Positions 9,793 through 20,010 of a stretch of DNA of 64,000 bases are shown one piece after another (positions within the stretch are counted from its first letter, which is position 1; every line of letters starts with the position of its first letter). Both the position numbers and the translations under genes were made by a program. Below the pieces are notes generated by a model. That model searched no databases and was not told where the DNA came from. It saw nothing but the letters and a program-made list of their open reading frames with translations. The stretch comes from a virus (Duplodnaviria > Caudoviricetes), in IMG/VR virus record IMGVR_UViG_3300044631_000812, positions 1,114 through 65,113 of that record; one strand, given 5' to 3'.

Positions 9793-12700
9793 ATGCCAAA
9801 CGATAATCTTAAGAAGTACTATTCCTATTTAAAGTCAAACGGCGCTGATGTAGCTCCCACATATGATTCATTTGTATCTACATTAAATAATGAAGAAAAT
9901 GCTAAGAAATACTACTCTTATTTACAGAGTAATGGATTCGACACGCCACCTTCATACGACCAATTTGCCAACACTTTGGGTATAAAAAAAAAAGATCCTA
10001 CGGCATCTGGATCAGGAACGTCTTCATCGGGAAGATCATCCAACACAACAACAAAGCCTACGGCATCTTCATATTCAAAAGGTGAAATCTTTACTGGTTA
10101 TCCAGGTAAGGAAGAGAAGCCATATCAATTTAAGGATGGTAAGTGGTATGAGGAGGCTCCTGTAAAAGTATATGGTCAGGAGGCTAAGTATGTGCAGATT
10201 CAAGATCCAAATAGAATTGGTAATCTCAATAAGCAGTTTAAAAAGGACGCATCTTTATCCCAACAAGAGGAGGTTTTTAATAACTACGATGACGAAAAAT
10301 CTGACAACCAATACCGTATAAAAGACGGACAATGGCAGCGAATGACTCCTGGCAGTAAGTGGCATACCATTCAGAATGAGGGATCAATCAATGCGTTAAA
10401 TAATCGATACGGCAAAAGCGTAAGCACTAGAGTTTCAACCACAACTACAGTAAAGCCTGTAAAGTTTGATGACATTAACTCAGACTTTATGGCAAAAACA
10501 GAAGAGGATGCTATAAAAAAACTAACTGAAAAATATGGCAAGCTTGGCTTTGAGTTCTCTGAAGAGGGTTTATTTTTAAAGGATCAAATTAGAGTAAAAA
10601 CTAAAGATGGTAGTAAGGATCAGGTATTTGAGTTTGACGAAAAAAATCCTGAGCAAGCACGTGAATTACGTGCATTCTTAGAAGCAAATGCCTCTAAGCC
10701 GTATAGTGAAAGTTTTGATAAGGCGTTATCTGCTCTTAATAAAGGAGATGTAAGGCCAAGTTATCAGATTGGTGGTAGTACACTTGCTTTTGGAACTGAT
10801 CAAGATGGATTAGAAAAAGAGTCTGCTGCTATTAGAGGAAAGAACTTGCTATCAAGCGATTTTCAGTCACAGTTTAAAAAGCTACCATTTGATGAACAAA
10901 AAGAACTTATTCAAAAGCAAATTGCTAGTGGATCTCTTCCTTCAAGTGATGTTCAATCTTTTTACAAAAGTGAAGCATATAAAGACTATAAGAAAAAGAA
11001 AATAGCTGGAGATCAACAAGTTAAAGCAAAGCAAGACCAAATATTTGATGACTATCAGTACGCCTTAGCTACTAAAGATCCGGCCAAAATAAAGGAAGCG
11101 AAGGCTAAAATTAATGCATACTATACCGATGATATTATACAGGATAATGTTAAGACGTATAACATGAAGCTTAATGATCTTGAACAGTCACAAAAAAAGA
11201 TACTACAAGATAGGAAAGTATACGATGATGAGGTAAATAGATTTAATGAGCTAGCCCAAAGCGGCAATATGACTCAAGAACAATATGATGCTCAAAAAAA
11301 AATACTAGATAGTCAAGCTGAATCATTAGAAACAAGAGCTCAGAACTTTGTGATGCAAAGAAAAGAAATTCAAGCATCACAAAATAAGCTAAACTTGGTG
11401 GCTGGTAAGTACGTAGCTGCTAAAGAAAAGGAAGGTAACTTTGGTGGATTTGTAGTTAACAAGGTATTGAGTGGTATATCAATGACATTCGCTGAACCAT
11501 TCGCTGGATTAGAGGCTACTCAAAATAGATATGATTACTTATCTCCAGAAGAAAAAGCTTACTACAAGTCAATTAAATATAACGGAAAGAATCTTACTAA
11601 AGATCAGATTGAAAATCTACTTGACAATCAGGCTGTATTAAAGGCAAAGAACCAAGCGAAAGAAAATATTATTGATGTACTTGGATCTGAAGGTACCACT
11701 CTTGAGTACATGAAGTCTGGAGATAGAGGGTTTATTACACAAGCAATAGGCGGTGTTCTTGAATCTCTTCCTGCAATGGCAACTGGTGTAGCTGGAAAAG
11801 CAGCTGGTTTTGTAGGTCTTGCGGCACAAGCTTATAGTGGGATTGAAGAGGAGATGCTTAGCGACCCTGACTTCCAGTACACTTCTGCAGGTGATCGTGC
11901 TATTATTGCGATACCATATGCAGCAGGAATGGGCGTACTTGAGAGTGTAGGTTTACAAAACTTAGTTAAGGGAGACTCATTCTTAGGTAAAGTTATGATG
12001 GATGTTGCTCTTAAGTCAGCTAAGAAATTAGGAGCTAATGCAACTAAAGAAGCACTTGAAAGAGTTGCAGCCAAAGAGGTTGAAAGTCTTTTAGCTAAGG
12101 GGTTAATTCGTGTAACACAGGCAGGCGTTGCTGAATTTGAAACCGGATTTACGCAAGCATTGGTATTAGACCAAGGATTAAAAAATGTTTACAACTACAT
12201 TCAACAAAGCGGCCTAACTGAAGAGCAAAAGAAAAATCTAACTCAAGGTGAGTACTTTGATACAGCCGATGGGTTTAAAGAATTAGCATCCCAAACATTT
12301 GAGGATGGTGTTGCTGAAATGATTGGCGGTGTTGTTATGGGATCTGTAGGAACTCTATTTCAAGCTGTAACAAAGGGTAATATTTCTTTGTACAATGATG
12401 ATGACGTTAAGTTCTTAAAAGATGTTGTCGCAGATAGCAACTTTAAGAAACTATACGTAGCATCTATGAAGACGCAGATGCTAGATGGCAAAATCACTAA
12501 GTCAAAAGCGCAGCAGAACTTAGACAACTTAAATGAGATTGAGGCTGCATTTGATATGATGCCAGATGGTTTGTCTACAGCAGATATGAACAGATCGCTT
12601 TCTTTGATTACAGAGAGAGCTCAACTAACAAAAGAAAAAGCAGGGAAAGACCCTAACCTTGTTGCACCATTAGAGGCGCGCATCAAGGCCATAAATGAAG

Positions 12701-15700
12701 AACTAACACAAATTGGAGAAAATGCCGTTCAAAAGCAAACAACAGGTGAAGTATCTGTACAGCCAGGAACCAAAGGTGGCAGAGAAGTGGAGGAAAGAAA
12801 ACCCGAAACAGGACTTAAAGAAACTACCCAAAAAGGTAAAGAAGAAGTAGATCAGTACATTGCTGATATGGGTGCTGAAGCCCGTATTGGAAATACCATC
12901 AATCCGGTTATGGAAAAGATGGCTAATACTGAGTACATCAACGACAATGATATTGATAACGCCATTGAGGCAATTTTTAATGAAGTCGAGAGTTTAGATA
13001 AGTCAGACTACAGTGCAGAGACAAAAGCTGCATTGTCTGAGAAGCTACTAAACATCGCTGAAAAATTAGATAACTATGAATTTAGAACAAAGACTGAAAC
13101 TGTCGCAACTACCAAAGCAGGCGCAGCTACAACTACTAGAAGAACTTCTGAAGCGGTCCAAAAAATCAGAGCCGAAAAATACTTCGATGGAGTCCAAGCC
13201 ACAGTCAATGGACAAGAAGTAACTCTTAAGGATAATAAAGGACGAGTAGAGGCTCAGATGCCAAACGGTGAGGTGGTTGTGTTAGACACACCTACCATGG
13301 AGATTGCCGAGGATGGATTTGAGTTTGATGACAATGGCGCACTTCAGGCTGTCACAGTAACCGATAGACTTGGCAATACAGCTAAACTTACTGGTGATCA
13401 GGCACTTGACTTTGCTATCCGTGATCGTGAGAACAAGCTTGGTGTTGTTGAGCAGGCTGAGTTTGATACTGTATACCAAGAGGTAGAGAAGAAGTATATC
13501 AAGGAGACGCCGGCACCTCAAGTAGCAGCTAAAAAACAAGCCGCTGTTGAAGAACAGCAGCCTGTAGTTGAAGAAGAAGGCCAACCAATTGCAGAACCTA
13601 ACGAATCCAATCGCTTTACCGAGCGAAATGCCAAGGTTATGGCCGTCAAGTTTCCTAGTAAAAAAGGAATTGTAAGGGCAGCTCTGAACATAATCAAAGC
13701 CTTGCCTGGTGTAAAAATTTACTTGCATGAGGACTCTAATCAGTATGCTCAAGAAGTGAGTGCTAGAGTTAAAGAATCAATAAAAATAAAAAAAGATCTT
13801 GATGAAGCAGGTTCTTACATTGATGGTGAGATCCATATTGACATGTCAAAGGCTGATTTAGTTACGTTACTACATGAGGCATTCCATCATGCATTTTTGA
13901 CACTTGGTGTTAAGAACGGAATGTTTATTGATCTAGCAAAAGGTCTTCGTTCATTAATAAAAAATAAAGAAGCACTTGACTATTTAGATGAATTTATTGC
14001 AAGCTACTCAGAAGAGACAGCAGAATTACAAGCAGAAGAATTTGCTGTAGAGTTAGGAGCTATACTTGCTAACAATCGAGAAGAGCTTACAACTACAAAG
14101 CTTACTCAGTTCAAGGCATTGATCAACCGAATAGCAAAGAAAATTGGCCTAGGAATGGTATTTTCTTCAGCAGCAAATAGCAAAGAAGCGGCTGACTTTA
14201 TTAATGCTATTACTCGTGGATTAACTACTGGTGATATCGTTGAAGGTAAATTCAAGCCAACTAAGACAGGAAAAGCTAAAAGGCAAGCAGTAACTATTAT
14301 GGAGGGAAGGGAATCCATGAAGAAGTTTGGATTAACTCCTGGTAAAAATGTTACAAGAAAAATTGGAGAAGCTCTTGAGGCTAGACAAAGAGCAAAATAT
14401 GGAACAATAGCTCAAAAAGATAATTCTCCTGAAGCTAGAAAAAAAATATCAAACTGGATGGTTGATGAAGTTAAATACTTTGTTCAATTAATGGGTGATA
14501 AAAGCGGCAAAGGATGGTATGGTGAGCTATATCAGAATTCATTAGATGCTATGGCTAAGGTTTTCCCTGAAATGAAAACTGATCAGAATGCTAGAGATTT
14601 ATTTACAATGCTTGTAGCAATCACATCTGATGGCCAGAAAGTTATGAGTAATTTTAGATTAGCTGCTGCTGCCTACGACTATTATAAGAAAAACGGCGTA
14701 ATGCCGAATACTTTACCTGGGCAACGTGTTGCTTCTTTTGAGGCAAATCTCAAACGAATAAACGAATTACTTGTTGAATATAACGGAGATATAGCAACTA
14801 TCAAAGAAAAATTGATGGAAGTTAAATCTATTCAAGAAATTAATCAAGAAAGAAAAAAAGAAGGATTAGAACCTCTTTCTACTAATTGGCCTGTTAGCTT
14901 TAAGGCTCCATTTGCAGCATCTGTATTTGGTCCAAAATTAGGAATGTTTTATTCCAATCTATCAGGTAATGAATCGTATCCAACACTTGATAGATGGTGG
15001 TCTAGAACTTTTAATAGATATAGAGGCACATTAATTCCTGGATTAAAGTCAGGATTTAGTGCAAAAGGAGAGGCTATTGGACTTGATAGATTTAAACAAC
15101 TGCTTGGAAATCCGGGGATGAGCAATGAAGAAGCTCTTTTAGCAGCAAAATCTTATAGGGACTCTTATGCTGCTAAGGGATATAAATCAGGAACTGATGT
15201 TGAAAAAGCGGCTAACACTATATATAAGACAGCATTTGAGAACTTAAATGATGCCCCATTTACTAAAAATGATCGTCAATTTATGTATGATACAATATCT
15301 GATGCTGTAAATAAATTAAACAAGCAGGGATATGACTTAAGTATTGCTGACGTTCAGGCTATACTTTGGTATTTTGAAAAGAATCTCTACAAAACGTTAG
15401 GTGTTCAAGCAAAAATAGAAGGTATAAGTTATGAAGATGCAGCTAATTACACATACGATAAATGGAAAGAATCTGGAAACAAGTTTGACTATAAGATTAA
15501 CGAATCAGAGGAAGGTCAAGCTGTAGAAGATGCTGATGAGGATATACAGGAAGAAATAATTCAGCGAAAAAAACAATTAAAAATAAAAGAAAATAACAAA
15601 AAACTCCCTAACTTAGCGCAAAATGAAAAAGGAAACATACAATCCGAACGAACCGGAGACGGAAGAACAGCACGGCCTGCAATCAGCAAAAATGCGCCTC

Positions 15701-18700
15701 TCGAAGGTGCTCCAACAATCCAAGGGGCAACCGGACCAGACCCAGAACTTGTATCAGTTGCTGAAAAATATGCAGATGAAAACAATATTGATCTCAAAAG
15801 ACAAGGAGAGTACGTCGAATTAGACGAAGAAAGAGCTAAGAGATTAGCCGATGCTTACGAGCAGATGGCTGACGACCCTCAAAATCCAAAAGTCAAAGAT
15901 GCATATGCTGAATTAATAAAACAAACTAAAGCTCAATACCAAGCATTGGTAGATGCGGGCTATAAGTTTTGGTTTGTTGATTTTAATAATCCTGAGAATA
16001 TTGATTACATATCATCTCCGTATAACGCCATGCGTGATTTGCGCCAAAACAAACAGATGGGCGTTTTCCCAACAGAACAAGGTTTTGGCTCAAATGAAAA
16101 TATAGATGTATCTAAAAATCCTTTATTAGAGGACACAGGTATCATGTGGCCATCAGGTGGATTAAATGGAAAAATGAAAATTGTTACAGCAAATGATTTA
16201 TTTAGAGCTGTACATGACGCATTCGGGCATGGTCTTGAGGGGGCTGGATTTAGAGCAAGAGGCGAAGAGAATGCATGGCAAGCTCATTCAAGATTGTACA
16301 CAGGAAGTGCTATAGGTGCTATGACGAGTGAAACAAGAGGTCAAAACTCTTGGGTAAACTACGGACCTAAAGGAGAGCAAAATAGAACTGCGAGTGGTGA
16401 AGATACTATTTTTGCTGATCAAAAAGTAGGTCTTATGCCTAAATGGACATGGACTGAAGGTCGCGCAGGTGATATGGAAGCCCCTAAACGAAAGAAGCAA
16501 TTGAAGCCTAAAATTTTAGGCGTGAAGCCTACAGTGGTGATTGTGAACGATGAGCAGAAGGCCTTGGTTGATCAGATCAAGCTTGAAGTCAGAGCACAAC
16601 GCGAGCAGAAGAAGGCATACAAGCAAGTGCTTGCAGACATCTCAGCTAGAGTCACAGCGCTTAAGAGTAAAGGTAATATATCTGTCAAGCAGTTTGACGC
16701 CATCATGAAGAACTTAAAGCGCTTAAACTTTGATAACGAAACAAAGGTCCAGGCGTTTATTGACTACGTGTCAAGAGCCCTTGCTAATGCAGACTACGTA
16801 GAGAAAGTAGCTAAAGCTCAGTCACTTAATAAAAGAATCAAGGCTAGTCTAAAAGGCACAGCTAATCCATTTGCTGTATTGGCTAAGATGTTCACGACAT
16901 TGGACTCACGATGGGTACAGAACATTGACGACCATATTGCAGTGGCTCAGATGATCTTAGATGGCGTTAAGCCTAGCGCAGCTAGACGTGGTGTCCTTAC
17001 ACTTAAAGAGGAACCAGATCTACAAGTTATTGCTGAATATATTGACGCTGAGCAGACGCTTCAAACGCAGATGTTGCTTGATAGGCTTAAGTTTAGATAT
17101 GAAATGATTACAGGTAATCCATCAGACAAGTTAACAGCTGATGAGATGATTACTCTTCTAGATGCATTAAAGCCAAATGAAGACCAAACTGATAAGATAA
17201 AAGAACAGATAGATCAAAAGTTTGCTGAGTATGCATCTATGTTATCTGAAGAAGATCCACAAGTTATTGTTGATGCTGTAAATGTAGATACAGACATGAT
17301 AAGTTGGAGAGAGTCTGTTAAGATACTAGATGCACTTGACACATACTTTACTAATGGGTCATTAGCTGGTATTGACTCGCTTATGGGTTCATATCAAGGT
17401 ATTGTTAATGTGAAGAGATTTAAGGATAAATCTAATCCAATGACAATAGCTCTTTCTAAAAATTTGGCAAAACTTAAATTTGAAAACTTTACTGGGTTCA
17501 CAAGAATACTAGAAAGAAAATTCAGAAGTCTAGAAAAATCTCTTGCTTATGAAAAAGCGAGTGGAATTAATGATATTGTTACTGGTGTTAATAGAGCTGA
17601 CTTTGAAGCCGCTAAGAAACAAAAGGAATATATTAAAAAGTTTGAAAAGGTAAAAGATTTCAACTCAAATGAGAATATATATGAGAGAGGTGTAATTGCA
17701 GATCTTATTAGAACAAACGCAGGTATTGATCAGGATGCTGAATTTGATCGATTAGTAAACATATTGATAGACTCTAAAGACATGTTGCTTGCAAGCCAAG
17801 ATCAAACTAAAGTTGAGATGGGTAGGTTGTGTGACAAAGTTTTCAAAAAACTTGGTCTTTATGAGGATGGAATTACAATTGACGACGTACTATCTAAGGC
17901 TACTAAAACAAATGTAGATGCGGTAGAATTTGTTGTAGATATGTTTGCAGATAAGTATGACTTACTTAGCGACACAGCGCTAGGTGTGTATAACGTTATG
18001 CTTGGTCAAGACATAAACTACACACCAAAGATATACATGAATATTAGAAATGAGAAGTCTGTTGACTCTGATCCGTTGTCAGGAAAAGACGCGTTCAGTC
18101 TTGGAGCTTATTCAAACTTGTATGCAGGTTTTAATAAAAATGAGGCAGGAGTTTTAATGCCTATTACAAGACCAAAGGACTTAAAAGATGCTGGAAAATA
18201 TATTGATTTGAACTTTGACAACAATATGTTTAGATCTTATCGCTTGGCATTAACTGATGCATACACTGCAAAATCAATACGTCAGTTAAATTCATTCTTC
18301 AACACAAAAGAAAATGAAGACATATTAGCATCCGAAAAAGACTTTGATGTAATTAAGGCAGCACTAAGTGACTACATTAATACAGCAAAGGGGAAGAACT
18401 TTATTGGTAAGATAACTTCACAAGAGGTAGATAAGTTTATAAACCTAATCAGTACGTTTGGATCTGTAAGAGCGCTCGTTGGTGTTGGACAGGCATTTAG
18501 CCAGTTTGCTTCTGGTATGTCAAACACAATAATTAATGCAGGTGAGCATATTAGACCATCCGACTTTACAAAAAAGGCATTTGATTTCATGAACAGATCA
18601 GGACAGCCTATTGCAAACGTAGGTGAGAATGACATTCTAATATCACTAGCCAACTTTGATAAGTCTATTGAGAGAGCGACTGTTGGTAAAAATATGGCAG

Positions 18701-20010
18701 AAATAGGACTTGATAAGTTTGCCAAGTTTAACTCAAAGGCATTCCAAATATTTGTATCAAACCCAGATGCTGCCGCTAGACGATTAGCTTGGATGGCATA
18801 CTACAGAAAATATGTAATTAAAAACAAACTTGGTCCTATAGACTTTAATGCAGAGCCAAATGCTGAAGCTGCTGCTTATGCTCAAGGGATGGTAGATAGG
18901 TCAATGGATGCTACTGATGCTAGAATTCGTGGTGACATATATAGAACTCAAAACGTATGGGCAAAAGCTGTTAGAAGTATGTTGTTCCCATTCTCTTCAT
19001 TTGGTATGAACCAAAAGACTAGAATGTGGGGAGACCTTACTAAGTTGGTTACATTCAATGCTGACTTTGATACAGCTAGATCATTGGCGTCAATTGGAGC
19101 TGAAATGTTCATATACAACTTGATTAGATACCAAATGGCGCGTCTAATATTGTATGCAGCAATGAATATGCTTGGATATGACGATGAGGAGCAAGATGAG
19201 CTAATTAAAGAGCTCAAGAAAAATATGATGTCATCATCATGGAGTAAGGCTGTTGTCGACACATTCTCTCCACTAGCTCTATTTGATAATTGGACTCTTG
19301 AATTAGCAAACTGGTTAATGGCTGAAACAGGCGTTGGTGAGCCTAATCAAAAAGAAGTTGATGAATTTATTAAAGAGGAGAACGACATTAGAAAAATTAA
19401 AAGACTAGACCCTCTAACAAAAGAACAGGAAAAGCGTAAAAGAGATGAATTCATGACTGAGAATTCAATGCAGTTCTACATATCCGACGAAGCTAATTGG
19501 GGTGTACTCGGAATACAATTTGAAAAAGGAGCGGAGTCATATGAAATATACAAGGCATTAACAACCGGTAAGTATACAGATGAGTATGGTCGAGATGTTT
19601 ACTTTGATAGCGAAGCTCGTGAAAAGTTAAAGTGGGTAGCTTTATTAAAGACTGGTGGACAAATAGTACCTTTAAGAGAAATCGATCAGGTAGCTAATAA
19701 GTCACTCAAGTTCCTTAAAAAAGGTAACACAATGTCTGAGAAAAAGTACGACATGATAACCGAGATAAAAAGAAAATTTGGGAAAGTAGATCCGGTGCTA
19801 GAGAAACTAGCTGAGAAAAAGAATAAGATTACCACCATTGAAAATGAAATCGCTTGGATAAATAAACATGGTGGTTTAAAAGGACCTAAAGAAAAGATGG
19901 AGTACGCAAAACTACTAGATTTAATCTCAACACCATCGAAAGATATGTTAGAGAAAATTCAAAGAGGTGGTACTGCTCAGGAAATATTTGATCAAGAGTT
20001 AAAGAAGTAA
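9793..20010 (+). CDS. Giant (3405 aa) polyvalent-type ejected virion protein with zincin HExxH and other enzyme-like domains
   Basis: Single long ORF; LLHEAFHH..AEEFA near 13870; GWY/AITS/GPKLG/TLDRW/VQAILW domain about 14480-15420; NDLFRAVHDAFGH..GEENAW..ETRGQNSW domain about 15800-16450; N-terminal duplicated KKYYSYL.SNG repeat. Confidence 0.75.
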   Translation: MPNDNLKKYYSYLKSNGADVAPTYDSFVSTLNNEENAKKYYSYLQSNGFDTPPSYDQFANTLGIKKKDPTASGSGTSSSGRSSNTTTKPTASSYSKGEIFTGYPGKEEKPYQFKDGKWYEEAPVKVYGQEAKYVQIQDPNRIGNLNKQFKKDASLSQQEEVFNNYDDEKSDNQYRIKDGQWQRMTPGSKWHTIQNEGSINALNNRYGKSVSTRVSTTTTVKPVKFDDINSDFMAKTEEDAIKKLTEKYGKLGFEFSEEGLFLKDQIRVKTKDGSKDQVFEFDEKNPEQARELRAFLEANASKPYSESFDKALSALNKGDVRPSYQIGGSTLAFGTDQDGLEKESAAIRGKNLLSSDFQSQFKKLPFDEQKELIQKQIASGSLPSSDVQSFYKSEAYKDYKKKKIAGDQQVKAKQDQIFDDYQYALATKDPAKIKEAKAKINAYYTDDIIQDNVKTYNMKLNDLEQSQKKILQDRKVYDDEVNRFNELAQSGNMTQEQYDAQKKILDSQAESLETRAQNFVMQRKEIQASQNKLNLVAGKYVAAKEKEGNFGGFVVNKVLSGISMTFAEPFAGLEATQNRYDYLSPEEKAYYKSIKYNGKNLTKDQIENLLDNQAVLKAKNQAKENIIDVLGSEGTTLEYMKSGDRGFITQAIGGVLESLPAMATGVAGKAAGFVGLAAQAYSGIEEEMLSDPDFQYTSAGDRAIIAIPYAAGMGVLESVGLQNLVKGDSFLGKVMMDVALKSAKKLGANATKEALERVAAKEVESLLAKGLIRVTQAGVAEFETGFTQALVLDQGLKNVYNYIQQSGLTEEQKKNLTQGEYFDTADGFKELASQTFEDGVAEMIGGVVMGSVGTLFQAVTKGNISLYNDDDVKFLKDVVADSNFKKLYVASMKTQMLDGKITKSKAQQNLDNLNEIEAAFDMMPDGLSTADMNRSLSLITERAQLTKEKAGKDPNLVAPLEARIKAINEELTQIGENAVQKQTTGEVSVQPGTKGGREVEERKPETGLKETTQKGKEEVDQYIADMGAEARIGNTINPVMEKMANTEYINDNDIDNAIEAIFNEVESLDKSDYSAETKAALSEKLLNIAEKLDNYEFRTKTETVATTKAGAATTTRRTSEAVQKIRAEKYFDGVQATVNGQEVTLKDNKGRVEAQMPNGEVVVLDTPTMEIAEDGFEFDDNGALQAVTVTDRLGNTAKLTGDQALDFAIRDRENKLGVVEQAEFDTVYQEVEKKYIKETPAPQVAAKKQAAVEEQQPVVEEEGQPIAEPNESNRFTERNAKVMAVKFPSKKGIVRAALNIIKALPGVKIYLHEDSNQYAQEVSARVKESIKIKKDLDEAGSYIDGEIHIDMSKADLVTLLHEAFHHAFLTLGVKNGMFIDLAKGLRSLIKNKEALDYLDEFIASYSEETAELQAEEFAVELGAILANNREELTTTKLTQFKALINRIAKKIGLGMVFSSAANSKEAADFINAITRGLTTGDIVEGKFKPTKTGKAKRQAVTIMEGRESMKKFGLTPGKNVTRKIGEALEARQRAKYGTIAQKDNSPEARKKISNWMVDEVKYFVQLMGDKSGKGWYGELYQNSLDAMAKVFPEMKTDQNARDLFTMLVAITSDGQKVMSNFRLAAAAYDYYKKNGVMPNTLPGQRVASFEANLKRINELLVEYNGDIATIKEKLMEVKSIQEINQERKKEGLEPLSTNWPVSFKAPFAASVFGPKLGMFYSNLSGNESYPTLDRWWSRTFNRYRGTLIPGLKSGFSAKGEAIGLDRFKQLLGNPGMSNEEALLAAKSYRDSYAAKGYKSGTDVEKAANTIYKTAFENLNDAPFTKNDRQFMYDTISDAVNKLNKQGYDLSIADVQAILWYFEKNLYKTLGVQAKIEGISYEDAANYTYDKWKESGNKFDYKINESEEGQAVEDADEDIQEEIIQRKKQLKIKENNKKLPNLAQNEKGNIQSERTGDGRTARPAISKNAPLEGAPTIQGATGPDPELVSVAEKYADENNIDLKRQGEYVELDEERAKRLADAYEQMADDPQNPKVKDAYAELIKQTKAQYQALVDAGYKFWFVDFNNPENIDYISSPYNAMRDLRQNKQMGVFPTEQGFGSNENIDVSKNPLLEDTGIMWPSGGLNGKMKIVTANDLFRAVHDAFGHGLEGAGFRARGEENAWQAHSRLYTGSAIGAMTSETRGQNSWVNYGPKGEQNRTASGEDTIFADQKVGLMPKWTWTEGRAGDMEAPKRKKQLKPKILGVKPTVVIVNDEQKALVDQIKLEVRAQREQKKAYKQVLADISARVTALKSKGNISVKQFDAIMKNLKRLNFDNETKVQAFIDYVSRALANADYVEKVAKAQSLNKRIKASLKGTANPFAVLAKMFTTLDSRWVQNIDDHIAVAQMILDGVKPSAARRGVLTLKEEPDLQVIAEYIDAEQTLQTQMLLDRLKFRYEMITGNPSDKLTADEMITLLDALKPNEDQTDKIKEQIDQKFAEYASMLSEEDPQVIVDAVNVDTDMISWRESVKILDALDTYFTNGSLAGIDSLMGSYQGIVNVKRFKDKSNPMTIALSKNLAKLKFENFTGFTRILERKFRSLEKSLAYEKASGINDIVTGVNRADFEAAKKQKEYIKKFEKVKDFNSNENIYERGVIADLIRTNAGIDQDAEFDRLVNILIDSKDMLLASQDQTKVEMGRLCDKVFKKLGLYEDGITIDDVLSKATKTNVDAVEFVVDMFADKYDLLSDTALGVYNVMLGQDINYTPKIYMNIRNEKSVDSDPLSGKDAFSLGAYSNLYAGFNKNEAGVLMPITRPKDLKDAGKYIDLNFDNNMFRSYRLALTDAYTAKSIRQLNSFFNTKENEDILASEKDFDVIKAALSDYINTAKGKNFIGKITSQEVDKFINLISTFGSVRALVGVGQAFSQFASGMSNTIINAGEHIRPSDFTKKAFDFMNRSGQPIANVGENDILISLANFDKSIERATVGKNMAEIGLDKFAKFNSKAFQIFVSNPDAAARRLAWMAYYRKYVIKNKLGPIDFNAEPNAEAAAYAQGMVDRSMDATDARIRGDIYRTQNVWAKAVRSMLFPFSSFGMNQKTRMWGDLTKLVTFNADFDTARSLASIGAEMFIYNLIRYQMARLILYAAMNMLGYDDEEQDELIKELKKNMMSSSWSKAVVDTFSPLALFDNWTLELANWLMAETGVGEPNQKEVDEFIKEENDIRKIKRLDPLTKEQEKRKRDEFMTENSMQFYISDEANWGVLGIQFEKGAESYEIYKALTTGKYTDEYGRDVYFDSEAREKLKWVALLKTGGQIVPLREIDQVANKSLKFLKKGNTMSEKKYDMITEIKRKFGKVDPVLEKLAEKKNKITTIENEIAWINKHGGLKGPKEKMEYAKLLDLISTPSKDMLEKIQRGGTAQEIFDQELKK
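12722..12850 (+). CDS. Nested small basic protein in +1 frame (MPFKSKQQVKYLYSQEPKVAEKWRKENPKQDLKKLPKKVKKK)
   Basis: ATG...TAG read directly; resembles a recurrent MPFKS..Q..Y/W small phage protein; the host frame here is a low-complexity linker. Confidence 0.6.
   Translation: MPFKSKQQVKYLYSQEPKVAEKWRKENPKQDLKKLPKKVKKK
13076..13222 (+). CDS. Possible nested small protein in +1 frame (MNLEQRLKLSQLPKQAQLQLLEELLKRSKK...)
   Basis: 48-aa ORF with A-rich upstream context and an amphipathic helix, lying in a Thr/Ala linker of the giant protein. Confidence 0.4.
   Translation: MNLEQRLKLSQLPKQAQLQLLEELLKRSKKSEPKNTSMESKPQSMDKK
15623..15823 (+). CDS. Possible nested small protein in +1 frame with upstream promoter-like TAACTTAG
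   Basis: 66-aa ORF preceded by an A-rich tract and TAACTTAG at 15609-15616. Confidence 0.4.
   Translation: MKKETYNPNEPETEEQHGLQSAKMRLSKVLQQSKGQPDQTQNLYQLLKNMQMKTILISKDKESTSN

Noticed and set aside
11638-19262. Minus-strand ORFs inside the giant gene (and similar antisense ORFs in groEL, portal and capsid)
   Set aside because: Antisense shadows of codon bias with no promoter or protein-like features.
9793-20010. crAss-like virion RNA polymerase
   Set aside because: No DFDID/DxDGD catalytic motif seen; only incidental DFD in ADFDT and KDFDV.
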